DNA of 64,000 nt from Octopus vulgaris (taxonomy: Eukaryota), in the NCBI GenBank assembly GCA_951406725.2, contig OX597817.1, forward strand, positions 65,596,001 through 65,660,000, given 5' to 3'. The notes beneath the pieces are model-generated. The model searched no databases. It had not been told where the DNA came from and saw nothing but the letters and a program-made list of their open reading frames with translations. Below are positions 28,165 through 41,553 of the stretch, piece by piece (position 1 is the first letter of the stretch; the number at the start of each line of letters is the position of its first letter). A program made the translations under genes and the position numbers.

Positions 28165-28389
28165 CTTATTTCTTTATTACCCACAAGGGGCTAAACACAG
28201 AGAGGACAGACAAACGGATTATGTCGATTATATCGACCCCAGTGCATAACTGGTACTTATTTAATCGACCCCGAAAGGATGAAAGGCAAAGTCGACCTCA
28301 GCGGAATTTGAACTCAGAACGTAACGGCAGACGAAATACAGCTACGCATTTCGCCCGGCGTACTAACGTTTCTGCCATCTCACCGCCTT
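28165..28389 (-). mobile_element. Family A SINE with target-site duplication
   Basis: Family A consensus, flanked by the direct repeat CCAGACAATTATGATACT at about 28149 and 28390. Confidence 0.85.
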
Positions 28390-29119
28390 CCAGACAATTA
28401 TGATACTATTTCGCAGAATCGTCCTGCAGATAACTAAATAAGATATGCTAAGAGAATGCTTTTTTTAGGAGAAATTAAATAGAATATGGAGATATATACT
28501 CAAATTTATGCGTGAAATTTAATGAATGGTTATGATAAACTAAACTGTTTTATGATTGGAATTATAACGTATTAAATGATAACGTTAATTGACAGAATGG
28601 TTAATTTATTTCTGATAGATGAACTTCATTGCTAGTTGTAGCACTGAATTATAAAGAAGTTCATTATAAATGTTCAGAAAGGCTAGAGTTTCTTGATTAT
28701 ACTTTTGGCATACAAGTGGGAATTGGATGTTTAGGAAGTTTAGTGTTAAGTAAAAGGTTAAATAAGGAGTGATACTCATGCGCCAGCAATTTCTAATTAT
28801 GTCATCACAATTAGAATATATTATGTGTGTATAATAGTAGGAAGAAAGATGAATAAGTACAAGAAAGGAGTGGATAGTTAGGTAGGTGGAAAATTATAGG
28901 GAACAGTTAAATAGAATAAAGTAAATTGAAGGGAAGAACTTTAATGCTATTGAATACGTAAACAAGGTCGTAAGTACATGTATAACGCAATGTTATCAAA
29001 AGGGGTATGTGAAGGTGAAGGGAACACGTAATAGGATCTATAAGTAAGGTATACGTAAGGTCGAAGTCTAAATAAAGGACAAATAGACTGAAACATGAAA
29101 ATTAGTAATAATAATAATG

Positions 29120-29192
<73 letters not shown>

Positions 29193-29246
29193 ATGCGTGT
29201 ATGTGTGTGGGTATGTGTGTGTGTGTGTGTGCGTGTGTGTGTGTGC

Positions 29247-29277
<31 letters not shown>

Positions 29278-29647
29278 CACATAGCGAGAGACAGTAAAGA
29301 TTAAAGAAATACTGGCGAATAACTCCACGCAATAGTTTTGGAATATTCTCAAAATATACCACAGTAACATTAGCAGACTTGATGAAGTAGCAGAAAGTAA
29401 CTTCTTAATTAATAATTAATGAATAACTAAATAACTAAATTAATTAATAAATCAGTTAGCTAATTAATTAATTATTGTTTCAGTTTATGCAATTTCTATA
29501 TGTACAAACCAATATGTATATGGATGAAATGGTTTCACAAGCTACCGTAATAATCGTCGCCTTTCAAGTCATGTAGCATCTTCATTCTTTCGTCTGTTTA
29601 CTATATATATACATACTTACATACATACATACATACACTCGCACAAA

Positions 29648-29737
<90 letters not shown>

Positions 29738-29744
29738 TATAGTT

Positions 29745-29934
29745 CGAAATTTATAGAAAAACAAAAGACGAACACAGATGTATGAACAACAAGCAAGTGT
29801 ATTAGTTTGACGCTCGGGAAAATAAAATAGTCTTTTACGTTTTGAGCCTATGCTCTTCAACAGAAAGGAATAAGAGAAAAATAAACAGTGAGAGAATGAA
29901 AAAACTTGTAGATTTCAACGGTCCAGCATGGCGA

Positions 29935-29937
<3 letters not shown>
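29745..29937 (-). mobile_element. (TA)n-associated repeat with a degenerate hammerhead-like motif
   Basis: Homologous to 6062-6255. The minus strand reads CTTT-CTGTTGA-A-GAGC-ATAG-GCTC-AAA-ACGT-A-AAAG. Confidence 0.5.
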
Positions 29938-29988
<51 letters not shown>

Positions 29989-31335
29989 GACATGTATATA
30001 CACGTAAATGTTGAACGATGAAAATGAGTGCTCAGTACCGCATTGGTTGATATAATTACTTTATTTGTGAATTAAGGCTACCATTGGTTTCATGTTAAGA
30101 AAAGTAGGAAAATATGTATATGGGTATATATATATATATTTCCTAAGCCCTTATTGTAATTATAATTTTATATATATATAATTATAATAAGGGCTTAGAA
30201 AAATGTCAATAGAGATAGCAGAAATTCGCTCCAGTTCGCAATGAATAGAAAACCAAGCGACAATCAGTCACTGATCTTGCAACAACCACATTGATGTTGC
30301 AATACACATTACTTCTCAGTATAGTAACTACTTTTCGAAATTATAACCAGCACTTGAAAAGCACATATATATACATATATGTGTACATATCGACACACAC
30401 TTACCTACATGGACACCTACGTATATATTTTATGTATACATAAAAAGCACTGTTAAAGGCCAGTAATAGTGATGATCTAAAATATACATAAAGATAAAGA
30501 GGTTGTATAAGGCTTGAATTTAACAATTAAAGATAAAATAATTAATAGGCAATACTTGTAATGAAGACAAAAGATAAAAGAGACACAAAATTTTGTGATG
30601 CTGTTTTACGCTTGAAATTGTATTTCATACACACATCACAGACATGAACACAAACGTTGATTTCGGAATGCTTAATTAATAGGTTTTATTGATATATACT
30701 TTAATATGTGTGGGTGGCTGTCTATGTGCGCGTATGTGTATATATACGTATGTGTACATGTATACATGTATAAATAATTCAGTGTATATTTATGTGTGCA
30801 TGAGTGCGTGTATGTGTATATCTATGCATCTGCACAGGCGCATCCAAAATGAACACCCACATACACACTTATTGTTTTTGAAGACATAACTTAAAAGTAT
30901 TACTTTGGAACATTGCTTAAACAGCAACCAATTTCATGACTTCGCTTGTATGGAGTTTAAGATGTTTATAATAATCCTACAACGAGAACCAGTAATGAAA
31001 TCCAAAGCGTGAGCTTGAAGCAGCCGTTTTTGCATGTGTCGTTCGTAATGCTTTGCAAACAAAAGAACATAAGGCTAAGCGTTTTCTTCAAAGTTTCCTT
31101 TTATATTTCAAGAAATACTCAGACAGTGGATATTTAAAAAATATAAAAAAGATTCGGTTTATAAACTGATGATCGGAAACGAGTAAGTCTGAGTACTGGA
31201 AATCGGAGACTTTCTGTTATAATGTATTATAGAATATTCTAGATTTGTATTTGAGTGCTGTAATTTATTTTTTATGAGTCAACAGAAAGTATGCATGTAT
31301 GTATACATCACTCTCTCTATGTGTGTGTATGTGTG

Positions 31336-31370
<35 letters not shown>

Positions 31371-31381
31371 CGTGTGTGTAA

Positions 31382-31650
31382 GGCGCATGGCCTAGCGGTT
31401 AGAATGTTGCACTCACGATCACGTGATGGTGATTTCGATCCCCAGATCGGGCAGAGCGTTGTGTTCATGAGCAAAAAACACAATTTCACGTTGATATGCG
31501 ATCATTTCGATATCAGACGTGTGGTACACTAGTGTACCTGTACAGCTAATGTCGATCTGATGGAGAGAATGAGCTTATGTGAACACAAATCATCTGTGTG
31601 GTTGTTCAACAGGACATTGCAGAACTCTCATCCGTTGTCTAACAACGGAA
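31382..31650 (+). mobile_element. Family C SINE (diverged)
   Basis: A box GGCGCATGGCCTAGCGGTTAG, B-box-like GATTTCGATCCCC, then GTGTTCATGAGCAA. Confidence 0.6.
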
Positions 31651-31703
31651 GAGTTTTCCGTTCTCTCTCTCTCTTTCTCTCTCTCTCCATCTATCTATCT
31701 CTG

Positions 31704-31749
<46 letters not shown>

Positions 31750-31983
31750 TTTATTTAAAAGCAGCAGAAATATAACAAAAGCTGTTACTCAGAGTTTCAC
31801 GTTCCCGTTCGACGGACAGTTTTGTTAAAATAGAACATAAATAACAACATAATCAAAACTAGGTAAAGGATGCACCTTTAAAAATGGATTTGTTTCATTG
31901 ATCGTGAAACCGGTACTTATTTAATTTCTAACAATGTATATATATATACATGAAACAAGTAAAAGATAAAAGTATAAAAAATA

Positions 31984-32021
<38 letters not shown>

Positions 32022-32107
32022 GCATATATTTTAAATCTAACTTGGTACTATGCAGACTTATATCACAACAAATATTTAAACGTATATATATAATATTTTT
32101 TATCATT

Positions 32108-32458
32108 TTATCTTTTACTTGTTTCAGTCGTTAGACTGTGGTCATGCAGGTGCACCACCTTGAAGAAGTTTTAGTCTAACGAATCGACCCCAGTCCTTTT
32201 TTGAAACCTGGTACTATTTCATCGGTCTCTTTTGCTGAATAGCTAAGTTACTGACGATGCAAACACAGCAATACCGATTGTCAAGCTGTTGAGAGGGGGA
32301 ACAAACATAGACACAATGATACACACACACACGCACATACACACAGTTTCCGCCGACCAAATCCACTCACAAGGCTTTGGCCGGCCTAATGTGCCTAATG
32401 TGCCACGCAGCAGCAACATGTGGTTGGGAACAAGCTTCTTACAACATAGCCATGCCTA
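32108..32458 (-). mobile_element. Family B SINE
   Basis: Reverse complement of the family B tail and head, with internal deletions. Confidence 0.75.
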
Positions 32459-32461
32459 CAT

Positions 32462-32494
<33 letters not shown>

Positions 32495-32771
32495 ATATGT
32501 ATGTGTATGTACATATATATATATTATATGTATGTGTATGTACATATACATATACATATATATATATATATATATCAGAAAGAAAAGAAAAGAAATGTAA
32601 AAGTCACAGAAAGTTTGTATAATAAAATCTATGGTGATATAAGGAACATATTACATCATTTCATTGTTAGAAATTAAATAAGTACCGGTTTCACGATCAA
32701 TGAAACGAATCCATTTTTAAAGGTGCATCCTTTAACTAGTTTTGATTATGTTGTTATTTATGTTCTATTTT

Positions 32772-32824
32772 AACAAAACTGTCCGACGAACGGGAACGTG
32801 AAACTCTGAGTAACAGCTTTTGTT
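32772..32824 (+). ncRNA. Minimal type I hammerhead ribozyme motif (U4C core variant)
   Basis: Stem I CTGT/ACAG (extended by AACAAAA/TTTTGTT), core CCGACGA, stem II ACG-GGAA-CGT, GAA, palindromic stem III ACTC-T-GAGT, and a GUA cleavage triplet ending at 32812. Confidence 0.7.
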
Positions 32825-32848
32825 ATATTTCTGCTGCTTTTAAATAAA

Positions 32849-32897
<49 letters not shown>

Positions 32898-33023
32898 TAG
32901 ATAGATAGATAGATAGATAGATACATACATACATACATACATACATACATACATACATACATACATACATACATACATAGGTAGGTAGGTATGTAGGTAG
33001 GTAGATAGATTTACATATACATG

Positions 33024-33055
<32 letters not shown>

Positions 33056-33589
33056 TGTATGTATGTATGTATGTATGTATGTATGTATGTATGTATGTAT
33101 GTATGTGCGCGCGCGTGCGTGTGTTTGAGTTAATCGTAGCAATGTGGCTTGCTGTGTTGAATATTTTCTAAATAGTTTCATCATTGGTGGCTCAGTTCAT
33201 ATGCCATCTAGTGGGCTACAATATTTTTATGGCTCCAAATGCAATCGGACAAAATTAGAGAATTATAGGATCGTGATACCTAATTATTCTAGGGGTAAAT
33301 TCTAAGGATTCAAGGACATATCCTGCATGCAAAGTTTACTTTATTGTTAATAACTTGTTTTTCTTTTTAATTAGAAATGCTTGACCACAATGATTCATAG
33401 ACGCTGTGATAATTTTGACAGAAGGAAGAACATTTAATTGTTTATCCTATCCTGGTTACAGAAGTGGGCGACTTCAGATTTTTCTTAGTTCAGAGTCATG
33501 CCTCAGTAAATATAACCAACCACAGCAAGCGAGTACTACGTGCTTACAAGTACCATTGCTTTGATTAATTGTTTTAGATGTCCATGTAG

Positions 33590-33722
33590 TGCACTTTTCA
33601 GCTGAGTGGATTAAAACAATAAGAAGTGATGTACTTTGTTCAAGGACATAATGCTTGGTCCAAAATTTGAAATCAAGACCTTGTGATTGCGAGCCCAACA
33701 CCCTAACCTCTAGACCATGCGT
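33590..33722 (-). mobile_element. Family C SINE (diverged)
   Basis: The reverse complement starts GCATGGTCTAGAGGTTAGGGTG and later has GTCCTTGAACAAAGTAC. Confidence 0.55.
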
Positions 33723-34380
33723 CTTCACACAACAACAAATATATGTGAGAGAGAGAAAGAGAGAGAGTGTGAGAGGAAGAAAGAGCGAGAGAGAGAGTGT
33801 GAGAGGAAGAAAGAGCGAGAGAGAGAGAGGAAACGAAACCCTCCATAACATTTGCTACTTCAGAGGTACTACAAATAAGGGATATTAGCAATTGAAATTA
33901 GATGTTCAACACGCAGAGAGGAGAAGAGCCAATAGCTTACTTATTTAGGACATTCTTGCAGAGATTTCCTATCCCTAAATGAATTTCCGGTTCCACCAAT
34001 ATAAGCACACTATCAAGGCGTTCTATTGGAAATACCGACAAACATTTAAAAGTTTACATCGTATTCTATCGATTGCATACAATCTTAATGTTTGAACCTT
34101 ACATTCATGTATTATGAAGCATATGACCCGATATTATTTTCTCTGTGAAAAGCATATTAACAAGTTATCCTTTTTGATCATACACATAGACACATCACAT
34201 GTGCGTGAGTTTAATTTTCTACTCCTGCACGTATTCCAAGAGAAATGTACCGACAGCTGTTTATCAACCTCGTTGATTTCATCAGGGAAGTCTTCAAAGA
34301 TTAAAGGCATGGCTCCTCGCCTGATTAACTAATGACAAACCTGTGTATAGGTCAAATTTGTAAAGATATGTACGCTAATA

Positions 34381-34757
34381 GGTGCAGACGTGGCTGTGGT
34401 AAGAAGTTTGCTTCCCAACCACATGGTTCTGGGTTAAGTCCTACTGTGTGGCACCTTGGGCAAGTGCCTTCTTCTATAGCCTCGGGTCGACCAAAGCCTT
34501 GTGAGTGGATTTGGCAGATGGGAATTCAAAGAAGCCCGTCGTATATACATGTGTGTGTGTGTGTGTGTATTTGTCCTCCCATCACTATTTGACAACCAGT
34601 GTTGGTGTGTTTACGTCCCCGTAACTTCAGCAAAAGTACCCGATAAAATAAGTACTAGACTTAAAAAATAAGTCCTGGGGTCGATCTGCTCGGCTAAAAC
34701 CCTTCAAGGCGGTACTCCAGCATGACCGCAGTCAAATGACTGAAACTAGTAAAAGAA
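34381..34757 (+). mobile_element. Family B SINE
   Basis: Complete family B head, core (GTGGCACCTTGGGCAAGT) and tail. Confidence 0.85.
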
Positions 34758-36987
34758 TGACAGAATAATGCATCATAAAATTATACATATATAATATACG
34801 TGTCAGTGGCGTATGTTAGCTGTTGTTATACTCTCAGGCATAACAATAAACATAACAAACTTAACTTTGTCTGAGTGTTTGTTATCAAATTTGAAAACAC
34901 GTTTCGATAGTATTATATCACGATACTACAGGAATAGAATAATTGTATATGAATTTTTTCCATTTTTGGTATGTGTAAGCCTCAAGCTCAATACTTGCTA
35001 TATCAAGCAGCTATCTCTCCCTGGCAATTATTTTCAGAATTACAAACCAGCCTAGGAGTTTCTACCTTGTCACTCGTCTTGCTTGTAATAGCAGACAAAT
35101 CTTCATCAAATCACACTCTATCATTTTTTTAAATTTTGATAAAGTAAACTTAGACTATTTTGAGAGAAAAGAAAAAGAAGTACAAGTTAATCATGCCTCG
35201 AACGCTTTCGATCATTGATCTCAGTTCTTCCAGAACCAATTTGGCGGGTGGGTTAACATACAAAATCCTTTCTCAAAATATTGAGCACTATCATTACATA
35301 AACAATGGTATATAAATAGGAAATAGTGTTATATATTTGGAACATTTAATTTAGTTTTCATATACATATACATATGTATATATATCTATGTAGACATACA
35401 TACATGCATACAGATATATATTCATGTATATGTATATATATTAATACACACACACACATGGATTTATATATATATATTTAAACGGATTCCTGTTTCACGC
35501 CTTCACACCTAAAGTTTCACATTACTATGAGGGTGTGAAATTGCATACCTTCGACGACTGAAATTCTTATACAATTAATTAGTGTTTGTAATAGTATGTA
35601 AATGATTGAAATTGGATAGTAGGCGATAAATTAGAACTCAATATAATATCAGTTGTAAGGTACTGTGGCTACGTTACAAGTTTTAATCATATAATATAAG
35701 AATAAAACATGCTTTACTTGATGTTTTGTATACACAACTTACTTATGGTCTACCCATTTCAAGCTATTTTTGATATATGTTCTTCAGTTATCGAAGTTTA
35801 ACTCAATTCACACATCTTGAAGATGACTTACTCTGAATTACTCAACGCCAACATCTGTGATGATGTGAATTAAAGAAAATTTCATTGAGTCAATCTTAGG
35901 AAAGTGATGTCAATAATAAAAATAGCGAAATGATATCTATCCACCACTTGATTTAAATTATCTTTTTACAAACGTTATGCTAAAAACAATGGTTAATTAT
36001 TGAAGTGTTATATACTTGAATATACATGTATTATATTACATATCATATTACATAAGATGAAAATGCTTGCACTAAGTGCTACCATAAGGTTGATGCTATG
36101 AATTCTGTAGAGTCAGGCTAGAAGACTCATGAACAAATGAATCACCTAAAGTGCGAGACATATGAGAACACATAATTTAACATAGTGGAATGTACTTCTT
36201 CAGTATAATAATGAGACACACAAATACTAAAAATATAAAAGCATTAAATCATTGACATGGTTAGAATAACTTGAATACATTTGACTGTTTCGGTATGTGA
36301 ACACAAAATATTGGCTTCAGTCATTTTAACTCAAGATGGAAACAGAAGCTTTCAGGATCTCATCGTTCCTATCAAATCAAATAAATATTCAGTTCTATGC
36401 TATATTTTTGCTACTTTTTAAAATCCAAATCCAAACTATTCTCCTGCGGTTAACCGAATTATGTAATTACCCAAAATGCTATTAAACAGAAATGTTTGTA
36501 TATACACACACAAAACTACACCTAAACACACACATTTGTGTATGAAAGAGCTGAGCTTGTGTATGTGTGTATATGTGCAGGCGACTCCGCTTAATTACGT
36601 TGCAGATTATTAAAACATTTCAGTTAATCGCAAAAAGGTTTTCTCAAATTAGAGAGAAAAATTCGAGAAATATTGCATAAAACTAGAATACAAGCATATT
36701 TTCAATGTAACATATATGTTTGTATTATACTGAAAAATATGACTGCATTCTAGTTCAGCAGTTTTATATGAGGTCCTTAAAATGTTTTTGATCAGTGAAG
36801 TTCCAAAATTTATCATCAGGTTTTTAACTTTCATAGTCTTATGCTCTGGACGAAGTGCCATTGGTGTATGTTGCTGTATCTTTAGAATGAGACGGGCCAA
36901 TATGACTCAGCTAGACAATATTGCAGGATTTCAAGTTTTGACTGTTAGTCAAATCCAAATCCTAGAACAGTTACTTAATGATCCTTC

Positions 36988-37130
36988 CTTCTATAGGCAC
37001 AAAGTCTGAAATTATGGAGGAGGGGACAAGTCGATGACATCGACTCCCACCCCAGTGTTTCACAGGTACTTAATTTATCGACCCCGAAAGGATGAAAGGT
37101 AAAGTCGACCTCGGGGTAATTTGTACTCAG
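36988..37130 (-). mobile_element. Family A SINE (3' part)
   Basis: GGTACTTAATTTATCGACCCCGAAAGGATGAAAGGTAAAGTCGACCTCGG. Confidence 0.75.
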
Positions 37131-37369
37131 AAAGACAGTTAATAATGGTCAACAGAAACTGACGAAGATGAGCACAAGTAGAAATATAAATAAAGAGGAA
37201 TGTAAGGAAGATTTAAGAAAATAAATTTTTCAAAGTTGGAATTATGACTCTGATAGTCTAAACCTGGATGTAATTCAAGAATTACAAACACTAGCTCTTC
37301 TCTTGGGTCAATGTTGTACACTGCAGATAATAAACATCCAAAGATTGTGTGGATTTACCAGAGAAATTT

Positions 37370-37690
37370 CGATGAGATTCGCATTAAAAATTCAGCGATG
37401 GAAATTAATTAGAATACCACTATCATGCCAGATGAAGAATGAAAGAATTAGACCAAACACGGACTTATAAATACTTAGGAATCGACGAACAATGTACACA
37501 AATGAAAGAAAAGATTTAGAAGTAATATTATAAATGCATTAGATTAATACTTAAAGCAAAGCTAAATATAATAAAGAAAAGTCATTAATATTCAAGCCGT
37601 TCCAGTAATAAATAATAGTTATATTTTCCATAAAGCGTTAAACAAACTAGCAAAATAAAATGGCATTTAGAAAAAAACCCACCTAAAATC
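37370..37690 (+). mobile_element. Highly degraded R4/Dong-like RT fragment
   Basis: Encodes ELDQTRTYKYLGIDE...MKEKI*K*YYKCIRLILKAKLN. Confidence 0.6.
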
Positions 37691-38034
37691 TTATAGCGAT
37701 AAAATATATTCACTATGAATACAAGGAGAGAATCTTTTCTGTTGTTGCCACAGTTTTCTATTTTTTATTTTTGTTTCAATTGTTTTCAGATTTGGCGCAG
37801 CGACTTAATTTTGTATGCAAATTATGAAAATGAAATTCATTTTTGCCATAAATTAATAAATAAAAAGTTTATTGTTTTTAAAGATTGCAAATTTTGAGTA
37901 ATTTTAGCCAGTCGAAAGCCACAGACATATTGGAGCCTGTTGCCATAATAAATGAAGCTTTAGTCTGCTTTCCGAACCACCATCACCACAATGTATATGT
38001 TCATTTTGCCTATGTAATTTCTTTGACGACGAAC

Positions 38035-38240
38035 TAAACCTAACCCTAACCCTAAACCTAAACCTAAACCTAAAACTAACTCAAACCTTAAAGTTAACTT
38101 TAACCCTAACTCTAAACTCTAATCCTGACCCTTACTTTAACTGTAACACAAAATCCTAATCACAAACCTAAATCATCCTAAGCCTAACCTAACCTTAGCC
38201 CTAACCCTGACCCTAAACACTAAACAGGTCTAATCCTAAC
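38035..38240 (-). repeat. Degenerate telomere-like hexamer array (CCTAAC/CCTAAA)n
   Basis: CCTAACCCTAACCCTAAACCTAAACC... reads as TTAGGG/TTTAGG variants on the minus strand. Confidence 0.75.
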
Positions 38241-38278
38241 GTACAGTATTTTTCTAACATTATTCTTTTCTTTTATTC

Positions 38279-38530
38279 TTTTACTTATTTCAGTTATTTG
38301 ACAGCGGGCATGCTGGAGCACCGCCTTTGGTCGAGAAAATCGACCCCAGGACTTATTCTTTGTAAGTCTAGTACTTATTCTATCGGTCTCTTTTATCGAG
38401 ACGCTAAGTTACGGGGACTTAAACACACCAACATCGGTTGTCAAGCAAGGAGGGGGTTCAAACAGAAACACAAATATATTCATACATACATACATACATA
38501 CATACGTACATACATACATACATACATACA

Positions 38531-38576
<46 letters not shown>

Positions 38577-38734
38577 CGGCGGGTTTCTTTAAGTTTCCGT
38601 CCACCAAGTCCATTTACAAGGCTTTGGTCGGCCCGAGGCTATAGTAGAAGACACTTGCCCAAGGTGCCAAGCAGTGAGACTGAAACTGGAACCATGTGAT
38701 TGGGAAGTAAGCTTCTTACCATACACCTACGCCT
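38279..38734 (-). mobile_element. Family B SINE
   Basis: Complete family B copy on the minus strand. Confidence 0.85.
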
Positions 38735-39829
38735 AAGTTGTCGCAAAAAGAATCGTTGAGGATTTTTTCCTTTTTAAATTATTTGCATGCTTGTTCGACA
38801 GTTTCACACCTATTAAAATTTATTAAAACTAACAACATTTGTCGACGCAATGTTTTTTCTTTCATTTTCTGATAGACAGCGATGATGCATAAAAAGCCAG
38901 CTTCCAAATCTTGTTTTCTGATTGGGTAAAACTGATCAAACTTTAAACCTCTGTAACATTTTTAAAATATGTTTCTGGAATAAATGAATTACACAATTGG
39001 ATTCAGCCTGAAAAATTATATCAACATACCTAATTTGAAAATCTTCACTCAATTTCAAAATGTCAAAATCTGTGACAGTGACAAAAAAAGATAAAAAAAG
39101 AAATTGGGATGTTATACAGCTGTAAAGCTTGTATAAAACATTTGTAGGGCTACGAAATATCTATAAAAAGATAATAGAAAACTAATACAATTAGCTACAA
39201 AACACTAACAAAATAAAATCGTTTATCCATCTTCAAGGAAGCTAATACAAAACAAGAGGCTGAAATGAAAGATACCTATGAAGGAAAAACGAGAATCAAC
39301 AACAGACATTGGAAAAAGACTAATATATAAATTATAAATGAGGTTACAGAAAGCTTCGATATAACAATGGCAAGACCACAATTTTGAAAAAGACTGAACA
39401 ACGTACAAGGAGACAAGGAAAATTCTCAATACCAGCTGAGAAGTGCAGGACTCAAAGCGGATTCGAGAGTTTTGCTGCGACACAAAATCAACGAATAATA
39501 TTGAATTATTTACCCCTCGAATGTGGGGATAATCCACGGCCCCAATTTCTATGAAAAACTGGTACTTATTTTACTGACTTCGAAGAGATGAACAGCAAAG
39601 TTGATTGAACTCAGTGAGATTTTGAACTCAGGACGTAAGTAGTAAGAAGAAATGCTATTAAGTTATTTTACTAAATCACCATCTTTGTAGTTTGAAGTTT
39701 TGTATGAGGCCAGCAATTTCAAGTGGTAGGTCTTCTTTATCGATGTTGAAAAAATGAAAGGCAAAATTGATCTCAGCGGGATTTGATTTAAGAATGCAAA
39801 GATAATAATAATAATAAGATCGGTCAAAG

Positions 39830-41110
39830 AGCAGTGAGGTTGGAAATTACAGACCCATCGCTTGTCTTAACCTCTTAGGGAAAGTGTTAACAGGCATCCT
39901 CGCAGGGAAAATATATACATTCCTTGCGGAAAACAGTAGAACAAAAGGGATGCCAAAAAGGATCCAAGGACACCAAGGACCACTTTGTGATAGACAAGGT
40001 CGTAATAAAGAACTGCAAACGGGGCCAAAAACAAAAGCTGCATTCGAGGATTCTGGAAACACTCGACATGGGTGGAGTAGCTGAGAACATGTGTGCACTG
40101 ACCAAGAACAGTATGCCTAGTTGGAAAACAAGTTATTTTCTGTAACAACCAGCACTTAGCCTAGGTAACAATCAAAAGAGATATCTTTCAGGGAGAGTCT
40201 TGTTCACCTTTGTCATTTGTTATAGCCATGATCCCACTCTCTGTAGTTCTACGCAAAGTCAACTCGCAATATGAACTGAGGAAGAATGGACTTCGTCTCA
40301 TTCACCTTCTCTTCATAGATGATTTAAAACTGTTCGCAAAAACAGAGCCTGAAATGGAGAGGCTGGTTGAGACTGTACAGCAAGGATATAGGAATAGAAG
40401 ACGAGATCTCAAAGCGTGTAGTGCTCACTTTGAAGAGGGGGAAAGAGCAGATTGAAGAGGTATAGAACTGCCGAACGGAGATCGAATGGGAGACAATATA
40501 TTGCACAGAGCAATGACAGGCAAGGTCACCACTGCGTATTTAAAGCACCTTAAATTTCTCTTGAAGTCAAAACTCAACGCAAGGAACCTTGTGACTACCA
40601 TCAATATATGGGCTGTTGCTGTAGTCCATTACAGTGCACCCATTCTGAAATGGATACGAGCAGAGACCAACTCAATCGCACTATTCGAAAGACGATGACA
40701 ATGCATGGTACCCTCCACACCCTAAGGCGAACGAACGTATGAGTGCCTAATAATCGATGTGGCAGTGCCAGAAGACCAACATATTATCACGAAAGAAAGA
40801 GAAAAGGTGGATATACATGGAGACCTGAGAATGTGGAGACCCAAGATGCGAGAGTCAAATTTAAATGTTGCTTCTGTTGTCATCGGAGCATTGCGGTCCA
40901 TACCACCCAACCTGAAAAAACACCTAAACACTTTAGAAATACCCTACAATCTTGGTATATTGTAAAAATCGACTTTACATGGAACTGTACGCATGCTGCG
41001 TAAAGTCCTGTCTGAGGTCCTTGTTGTGACAAATACAAATACCCGGTACACACAAAGCACAAAGTCTTTAATCTGCAACATGACAATATTAGATACTGTG
41101 TGATATCTTC
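39830..41110 (+). mobile_element. Internally deleted R4/Dong-like LINE (RT to RLE and 3' end)
   Basis: Encodes NYRPIACLNLLGKVLTGI, HLLFIDDLKLFAK, KLNARNLVTTINIWAV and IIDVAVPEDQHIITKEREKV..VVIGAL, and ends in (TAA)n. Confidence 0.85.
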
Positions 41111-41129
41111 AATAATAATAATAATAATG

Positions 41130-41166
<37 letters not shown>

Positions 41167-41184
41167 TGATGATGGTGATGATGA

Positions 41185-41553
41185 TTTCAAATTTTGTCAC
41201 AAGGGTAGCAATTTTGGGGGAGAGGAAGTGTCAATTACTTATTTTATCGACCCCGAAAGGATGAAAGACAAAGTAGACTTCGGCGGAATTTGTACTCGTA
41301 ACGTAGCGACGGGTGAAATACCTATTTCTTTACTACCCACAAGGGGCTAAACACAGAAAGGACAAACAAGGACAGACAAACGGATTAAGTCGATTATATC
41401 GACCCCAGTGCGTAACTGGTACTTATTTAATCGACCACGAAAGGATGAAAGGCAAAGTCGACTTCGGCGGAATTTGAACTCAGAACGTAAAGACAGACGA
41501 AATACTGCTAAGCATTTCGCCCGGAGTGCTAACGATTCTGCCAGCTCGCCGCC
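41185..41553 (-). mobile_element. Nested or tandem family A SINEs
   Basis: Two GGATGAAAG.CAAAGT.GACTTCGGCGGAATTTG cores; the head ends TCTGCCAGCTCGCCGCC. Confidence 0.8.

Larger units (their letters stand above)
31748..32850. repeat. 189-bp inverted repeat pair (31748-31936 / 32662-32850) in (TA)n, probable Penelope-like terminal repeats
   Basis: The arms are reverse complements with about 3 mismatches by eye. Each carries a hammerhead-type motif, and a family B SINE lies between them. Confidence 0.9.

Noticed and set aside
31160-31200. CTGATGA-TCG-GAAA-CGA-GTAA hammerhead-like string
   Set aside because: The second core box is GTAA rather than GAAA, and stems I and III do not pair.
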